A DNA stretch of 64,000 bases from a bacterium (GTDB taxonomy: Bacteria; Electryoneota; Electryoneia; Electryoneales; Electryoneaceae). The notes under the pieces were generated by a model. The model had not been told where the DNA came from. It did no database searches and worked only from the letters and a program-made list of their open reading frames with translations. Positions 59,175 to 64,000 of the stretch are shown here, piece by piece (positions within the stretch are counted from its first letter, which is position 1; each line of letters starts with the position of its first letter). The stretch lies in the NCBI GenBank assembly GCA_963675295.2, contig CAXXKJ010000002.1, positions 2,976,001 to 3,040,000 on the forward strand, read 5' to 3'. A program made the translations under genes and the position numbers.

Positions 59175-59549
59175 ATGCGCCCGATGAAGAACGTATTTGT
59201 GCTCTTGCTCGCAATTGTGATGACTGGTGGACTGTTGGTTGGCGCGAACGCGGTAAATGCCGGAAACGCGGTGACCAAGGCGGATATGGGAAGCTGCTGC
59301 CCGTCCACGACCACCACGATCCAGATGCAGAAGATGGACAGTGGTTGCTGCCCGGGTGAAGCGGTTCAGGCCCAGAAGACCGACAGCTGCTGCCCCGGCG
59401 AAGCTGCTCCGATCACGGCTGAGAAGGAATCCAGCTGCCATGGCGACATTCAGACCAAGACCATCTCGGGAGATGACTGCCCGTCGGCCGGTCATTGTCC
59501 GGAATCCGGCAAGGCCCAGATGGAAAGCCCGAGCAAGAAGTCGATCTGA
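59175..59549 (+). CDS. Small exported Cys-rich repeat protein
   Basis: Signal peptide; SCCP, GCCPGE, SCCPGE, SCHG, DCP..HCP; own terminator. Confidence 0.7.
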   Translation: MRPMKNVFVLLLAIVMTGGLLVGANAVNAGNAVTKADMGSCCPSTTTTIQMQKMDSGCCPGEAVQAQKTDSCCPGEAAPITAEKESSCHGDIQTKTISGDDCPSAGHCPESGKAQMESPSKKSI

Positions 59550-59578
59550 ACTGCTTGACGTACGATTGTTGAGATACG

Positions 59579-59602
59579 AAAGCCCCGCGATGCGGGGCTT
59601 TT
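59579..59602 (+). terminator. Intrinsic terminator
   Basis: AAAGCCCCGC-GAT-GCGGGGCTTTT. Confidence 0.8.
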
Positions 59603-59633
59603 CTCATCACATTAATTGTGGATCAGCCAGTAG

Positions 59634-59765
59634 GTCATTCCGAACGGAACGAAGAGAAGTGAGGAAGATCCAGCTTTGGGTTTGTGGGAAGAATGTGAAC
59701 TGTAGTAGAATCCATTCCGTAGCTGGACCTTCTTCGGCCGCAAACTGACGCGGCCTCAGAATGAC
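59634..59765. repeat. GTCATTCYGAACG-family inverted-repeat element, copy 4
   Basis: gtcattccgaacggaacgaagagaagtgaggaagatccagct ... agctggaccttcttcggccgcaaactgacgcggcctcagaatgac. Confidence 0.8.
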
Positions 59766-59779
59766 GCGTTCCCCACCAT

Positions 59780-60520
59780 TCATTTGTTGAAGCTGGCAAT
59801 TTCCTGTTTCGATAGCTTGCGGTAGGCGGCAGGTTTTAGCGATCCCAGCTGCACCTCACCGATTCGTACCCGCACCAGTTCCTTGACTTCGAGGTCGATC
59901 GTATCCGCCAGGCGCCGGATATGATTCTTGCGGCCTTCCTTGAGCACCACACGCACATACGACCCGACCGGTTCCGCCTTTTCGCAGCCGAAAGTGCGTC
60001 CGTCCTCTTCGAACGTGGCAGTCGCGAGGCGTTTGGCCGACGGCGTCGGCCGGCTGCCCTTGAAGCGCACGAGATACTCTTTTTCCTTCTCAAAGCTGGG
60101 GTGCATCACATGGTTCGCCCAGTCACCGTCGCTGGTGACCAGCAGCAGGCCGGAGGATGCCCGGTCAAGCCGTCCGGCGGGAAACAGGCGACGTTTGAAC
60201 GGGATCAGCACATCGAGCGTTTGTCCCTTCTCTTTCCCCTTGACGAAGGTCGAGAGCACGCCCGGCGGCTTGTTCAGCGCGAGGTAAATGTGCGCCTGTT
60301 CGCGAGGAATGACCTTGCCGTCGACTTCAATGGTCACTTCGCCCGGGTCGACCTTGCTACCCAGTTCACGGACTGCTTTGCCGTCCACGAGGACTCGGCC
60401 TTCGACCATCATCTGCTCGGCCTGGCGGCGGGACGCGACCCCCCGTTTCGAGAGTAACGCGCTGAGCCGGATGAGGCCGTCATCGGGTTTCGATTTCGGT
60501 TTCGGTTTTTGTTTAGCCAT
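59780..60520 (-). CDS. S4-domain rRNA pseudouridine synthase (RluB/RsuA family)
   Basis: GVASRR, V.VDG, LNKP.G, GRLD..SSGLLL.T.DG, EKEY, EGRK..IRR. Confidence 0.9.
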   Translation of the reverse strand: MAKQKPKPKSKPDDGLIRLSALLSKRGVASRRQAEQMMVEGRVLVDGKAVRELGSKVDPGEVTIEVDGKVIPREQAHIYLALNKPPGVLSTFVKGKEKGQTLDVLIPFKRRLFPAGRLDRASSGLLLVTSDGDWANHVMHPSFEKEKEYLVRFKGSRPTPSAKRLATATFEEDGRTFGCEKAEPVGSYVRVVLKEGRKNHIRRLADTIDLEVKELVRVRIGEVQLGSLKPAAYRKLSKQEIASFNK

Positions 60521-60528
60521 GCTGGAAG

Positions 60529-61317
60529 CTACTGCTCGGAAGCGAAGACTTGCTCGAGGAATTGGTCAATGGTCTCGCGGGCCTGTTCTGCGAGTTCGGG
60601 GTCGTACGCCGCGCCACGGACTGTCGTCGGCGCGTCCGGATCCATGAATCCGCGCTGTGCACGGCCATAGACCACGAGTTCGTAGTCCACCCCACCCTCG
60701 CGCATCTCGTCGATGAATTCATGCAATTCGGACTTGCCGAGGTACGGATCGGAGTCGGCGTGCAGCACCAGCACGCGTCCCTGGATCTTGCGGCCATCAC
60801 TGGCGGATGCCGGTTTGATCGAGGCATTCACTGCGACGGTTCCGGCGAGACGTGCTCCGGTGCGCGCGAGTTCGAGCGCGGCGGTACCGCCAAACGCCTG
60901 CCCCATCACCGCGACCCGTTTCGCGTCCACGATCCAGTACTCTTTGGTGAAGGCGTCGAACGCACGGAACGCGCGTTTACGGAAGAAATCCCGGTCGGCG
61001 TACAGTTCTCGGGTCGCTTCCTTCGCCTCTTCGGCGTTGCGGGGACGAACGTCCCGGCCGAACAGGTCGGCGACCATCACGATATAGCCCGCACCGGCGT
61101 ATTGCCGGGCCAGCTCGATGTCTTTCGGCTGCGGACCGCGCCAGTCGTGGAACAGGATCAGTGCGGGACGTTTGTTGTCGGCGGCGTCGTTGTAGACGAC
61201 CGTTCCTTCGAGCGGGACGCCGTTGTGGTCATATTCCAACGGTTCTTCAAGGATGGAGGCGAACCCGGCCTGCGTGAGCAGGAGGAACAGTGTCGAAACG
61301 ATCAGCAGGTTGCGCAT
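60529..61317 (-). CDS. Exported dienelactone-hydrolase-family protein (catalytic residues apparently substituted)
   Basis: HDWRG, ADLFG, G..FGGT.ALELAR.G, VLVLH..DP, YG.A..GF. Confidence 0.8.
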   Translation of the reverse strand: MRNLLIVSTLFLLLTQAGFASILEEPLEYDHNGVPLEGTVVYNDAADNKRPALILFHDWRGPQPKDIELARQYAGAGYIVMVADLFGRDVRPRNAEEAKEATRELYADRDFFRKRAFRAFDAFTKEYWIVDAKRVAVMGQAFGGTAALELARTGARLAGTVAVNASIKPASASDGRKIQGRVLVLHADSDPYLGKSELHEFIDEMREGGVDYELVVYGRAQRGFMDPDAPTTVRGAAYDPELAEQARETIDQFLEQVFASEQ

Positions 61318-61329
61318 GGTGACGGCCTG

Positions 61330-63048
61330 TTACCAGATCTTGTCGATCTCGGCGCCGGTGTAGAAGCGCTTGAGGATTTCGTCGTAGGTCATCCCGTCCA
61401 CAGCCATCGCGCCGGTAGCGGTCTGGTCGAGGCCGACGCCGTGCCCGAATCCACCGCCGATAAACGTGAGTTCGACCGGCTCGCCCATGTCGCCCATCAC
61501 CATGTCGACGACAAAGCACGAGCTGTACAGTGCGCTTTCACTCAACGCACGGCGGATGTTCAGCTCGCCGTGGATGATGTGATTACGATGGCTGCCGAGC
61601 AGTTCGAGTTCGACGATCCGTCCGGAGACACCGCGCTTTACAGGATGCACGGCGATCAGCGTACCGATGTCGAAGCCAAGCTTGCGCTTGAGAATGTCTT
61701 CCAGTTCACGCCGGGCGTAGGTCACTTCCCAGCGGAAATAGCGGGCGTTGCGGTCGAGAATGTCGATCCCGGTGCCGCGCGGATTGGACCACGAAACCGG
61801 GTGCGAACGGATCCATTTGTTGACATCGTCTTCGTTCGTAAGATCGTACTTGAACTTGCTCGGATCCTTTACCACGGGAATGCCTGTCAGATACGGCACC
61901 GCAGGCGGGTTCCAGAATTCCTGGCTTTCAGTGTGTCCGCCGCTGTTGGCGCAGAAGAACGCCTCACAGACGGTGTCACCGTATTTCAGAACCTGGCCAG
62001 CGGTTTCCTCCACGGCCCGGGTGGTGATATCATGATGCCGTGTGGTGCCGGAATACACCTGGAAGGCGACCGTCGCCGGGAAGTCGGCTGTGTCGGACGC
62101 CGGTCGTGTCGACAGCGTTGAAACGGTATAGCTGCGAGCCGCAACTGCCTGCGCCTTCAACGCTTCCAGCGGATAGCTGTGGTGCATCTCGGATGGTATC
62201 ACACCCTTGAGGTACTCGTCCAGCGGCAATTCATTGATTGCCATCAGGTTGCCGGTATTGCCGATCAGGACTTCGAGTGCGCCCTTGTAGGTACGATCCT
62301 CGGTGTGTTCCCAATGAAAGCCAACTCCGACACGGATCGAATAGACGGTGATTTCAGCGTCGCCGTCCGGTACGATCCGGAAGCCCTGCTTGACAATGGC
62401 AGAGCGGTCATACTCGGAATCATACACCTCGACCGTACCCTGCGCTTCCGTGATCCTGTGGCGGAGCACGTGCGGCGTCCAGGTTGTGTCGATTTCGTAC
62501 AACTTGTCGATCATCGGCCGGGCGTCGCTCTCGCGTTCGAACGCGCCGAGGATGACGCGCCAGACCTGACCGTGATGCACGAGAGTACCACCGATCCTAA
62601 TGTCGCGTCCGAGCGGCAGCACGCGTGCCTGATGGCCTTTGCTGGTCAACCGGTCCGCGATTTCGCGGGCGGCATCTTCATCGGTCAGGGTGTCCACAAG
62701 GACGCTGTAGACGTACTTGGCGGGTTCTGATTTATCAACCCTGCTTCGCCAGAGTAGATCAGACTCAATGCCGGTGAAAACCTTTTCGCCGGCGAGGTTG
62801 TAAATGCTGAACGATCCGGAAATGCGGAAATCAACGTGGCTGTAGCGTTCTAGCAGACGCACGCGTACCGTGGGTTCGGCCGCCGTCTCGACTGCCGCAT
62901 CAAGCTGAGGGGCATTGGAGTCGTGGTCCGGGGGAGAACTACCGGGCTGCTTTTTTGTCGACGCCATACTCGTCTCCAGCGCGAGGACCGTCCATAGCAT
63001 CAAGCATGCGAGCAAACTAATGATGAACCGTTTGTCAAACGTTCGCAT
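61330..63048 (-). CDS. SpoIID/LytB-domain protein with SPOR-like domain
   Basis: INELPLDEYLKGVIPSEM, EALKAQAVAARSY, FQVY.G, GFGHGVGLDQ.GA, IL..FY.G. Start uncertain (track gives 63144). Confidence 0.88.
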   Translation of the reverse strand: MRTFDKRFIISLLACLMLWTVLALETSMASTKKQPGSSPPDHDSNAPQLDAAVETAAEPTVRVRLLERYSHVDFRISGSFSIYNLAGEKVFTGIESDLLWRSRVDKSEPAKYVYSVLVDTLTDEDAAREIADRLTSKGHQARVLPLGRDIRIGGTLVHHGQVWRVILGAFERESDARPMIDKLYEIDTTWTPHVLRHRITEAQGTVEVYDSEYDRSAIVKQGFRIVPDGDAEITVYSIRVGVGFHWEHTEDRTYKGALEVLIGNTGNLMAINELPLDEYLKGVIPSEMHHSYPLEALKAQAVAARSYTVSTLSTRPASDTADFPATVAFQVYSGTTRHHDITTRAVEETAGQVLKYGDTVCEAFFCANSGGHTESQEFWNPPAVPYLTGIPVVKDPSKFKYDLTNEDDVNKWIRSHPVSWSNPRGTGIDILDRNARYFRWEVTYARRELEDILKRKLGFDIGTLIAVHPVKRGVSGRIVELELLGSHRNHIIHGELNIRRALSESALYSSCFVVDMVMGDMGEPVELTFIGGGFGHGVGLDQTATGAMAVDGMTYDEILKRFYTGAEIDKIW

Positions 63049-63147
63049 GCGACCGAGGCTGTATTCTCCTGGTCTCACCAACGTGTGAACCCTCCCCCCG
63101 GATAGCCCCACACGTGGAAAATTTATGTCAGTGGCATCAGCCACGTT

Positions 63148-64000
63148 CTAATCTTCGTTTTCGCGCGCGAGCCATCCCTTTTCGAGAAAGGCTGCGTGCA
63201 GCACACGGACCGCTTCATCGGCCTGTTCACGAGGCACGGCCAACCACAGTTCTGCTCCGGCGGAAACAATGCCCGCCACCGGGATGTTTGCGTCGAACAA
63301 GGTAACCGTCACACAACGGTGCAGACCCGGGGTATTCTCTCGTGCCTGAACGATGGTCAGCCCGCTGTAAATCCCCTCCTCTTTCGAGGCGGCAACCTCC
63401 CAGCAGAGCCAGGTTTCATCGCTGTGAATCAGGCGTTCCAGCTTGTACGCGTTTTCGGGTTCGACATCCTGGCGCGTCAACTTCAACCCATCGCGCCGTG
63501 CGATACCGACAATCGTCGGGCACCCGTAAGGGCGGTTTGTGATGATTGTTCCCACCTTGTCCGTGGTGGTTCTCCCGATACGCAAAGGTACTTGCTGCTC
63601 TCCTGCCAGTCGAGCCGCTTCGCTCTGGAGCACGCTGGAACCCCCACGCGCCATGCGTTGAGCGGTCTCATAGTCAATTTCGGTCAACAATTGCGCCTGA
63701 TCGACGATGCGCGGATCGGCGGTGAACATGCCGTCCACATCCTTCATCAGCTCGCATCGTTCCGCTCCGATCGCCTTCGCCAGCGCGATTGCGGTGAGGT
63801 CGCTGCCGCCACGTCCGAGGGTTGTAATCTCCTTCTGGATCGACACCCCCTGGAAGCCAGCGACGACCACCACCTGGTCATGTTCCAACGCTTCGAGCAG
63901 CCGTACCGGGCGCACATCGACAATATGCGCTTCTCCGTGCGCGGTGTCTGTGATGATGCCCACTTGGCTTCCGGTGTAGCTCACGGCCTTGACACCTTCG
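63148..64000 (-). CDS. lysC: Aspartate kinase (5' end beyond the window)
   Basis: [40 protein letters not shown]. Confidence 0.88.
   Translation of the reverse strand, partial: EGVKAVSYTGSQVGIITDTAHGEAHIVDVRPVRLLEALEHDQVVVVAGFQGVSIQKEITTLGRGGSDLTAIALAKAIGAERCELMKDVDGMFTADPRIVDQAQLLTEIDYETAQRMARGGSSVLQSEAARLAGEQQVPLRIGRTTTDKVGTIITNRPYGCPTIVGIARRDGLKLTRQDVEPENAYKLERLIHSDETWLCWEVAASKEEGIYSGLTIVQARENTPGLHRCVTVTLFDANIPVAGIVSAGAELWLAVPREQADEAVRVLHAAFLEKGWLARENED

Overview
GC-rich (roughly 60%) bacterial chromosomal window. It probably comes from a non-Bacteroidota member of the FCB superphylum (Calditrichota/KSB1/Electryoneota-like); this is inferred from T9SS-type C-terminal domains plus PorV- and PorZ-like genes without any susD. 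From 1 to 21.6 kb, a minus-strand alpha-glucan (starch/glycogen) locus encodes a TonB-dependent receptor, a 1.2-kaa Ca-motif/FN3/CTD protein, a PorV-like barrel, a non-catalytic CTD binding protein, two GH13 amylases, an exported amylo-1,6-glucosidase, a CBM48-esterase and a GH57 lipoprotein that runs off the left edge. From 22 to 30 kb, a second TBDR and an acidic beta-helix-like lipoprotein sit directly downstream of phoB-phoR. The rest is largely housekeeping: trmH-like, ECF sigma/anti-sigma, nadE, AlgE-like porin, O-antigen ligase, GT4, tatC/tatA, purQ/S/C/B, pssA/psd, htrA, transaldolase, truA, an orphan ecfT, PorZ-like, an FMN-riboswitch-led rib operon, rluB-like, DLH, SpoIID and aspartokinase. 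Intergenic regions carry several families of palindromic or structured repeats and short tandem repeats. No rRNA, tRNA, CRISPR array or transposase was recognised. The best candidate for an undescribed system is the SusD-less 'TBDR + CTD partner + dedicated PorV-like barrel' polysaccharide-utilisation locus. All calls are by-eye motif recognition; no searches were run.
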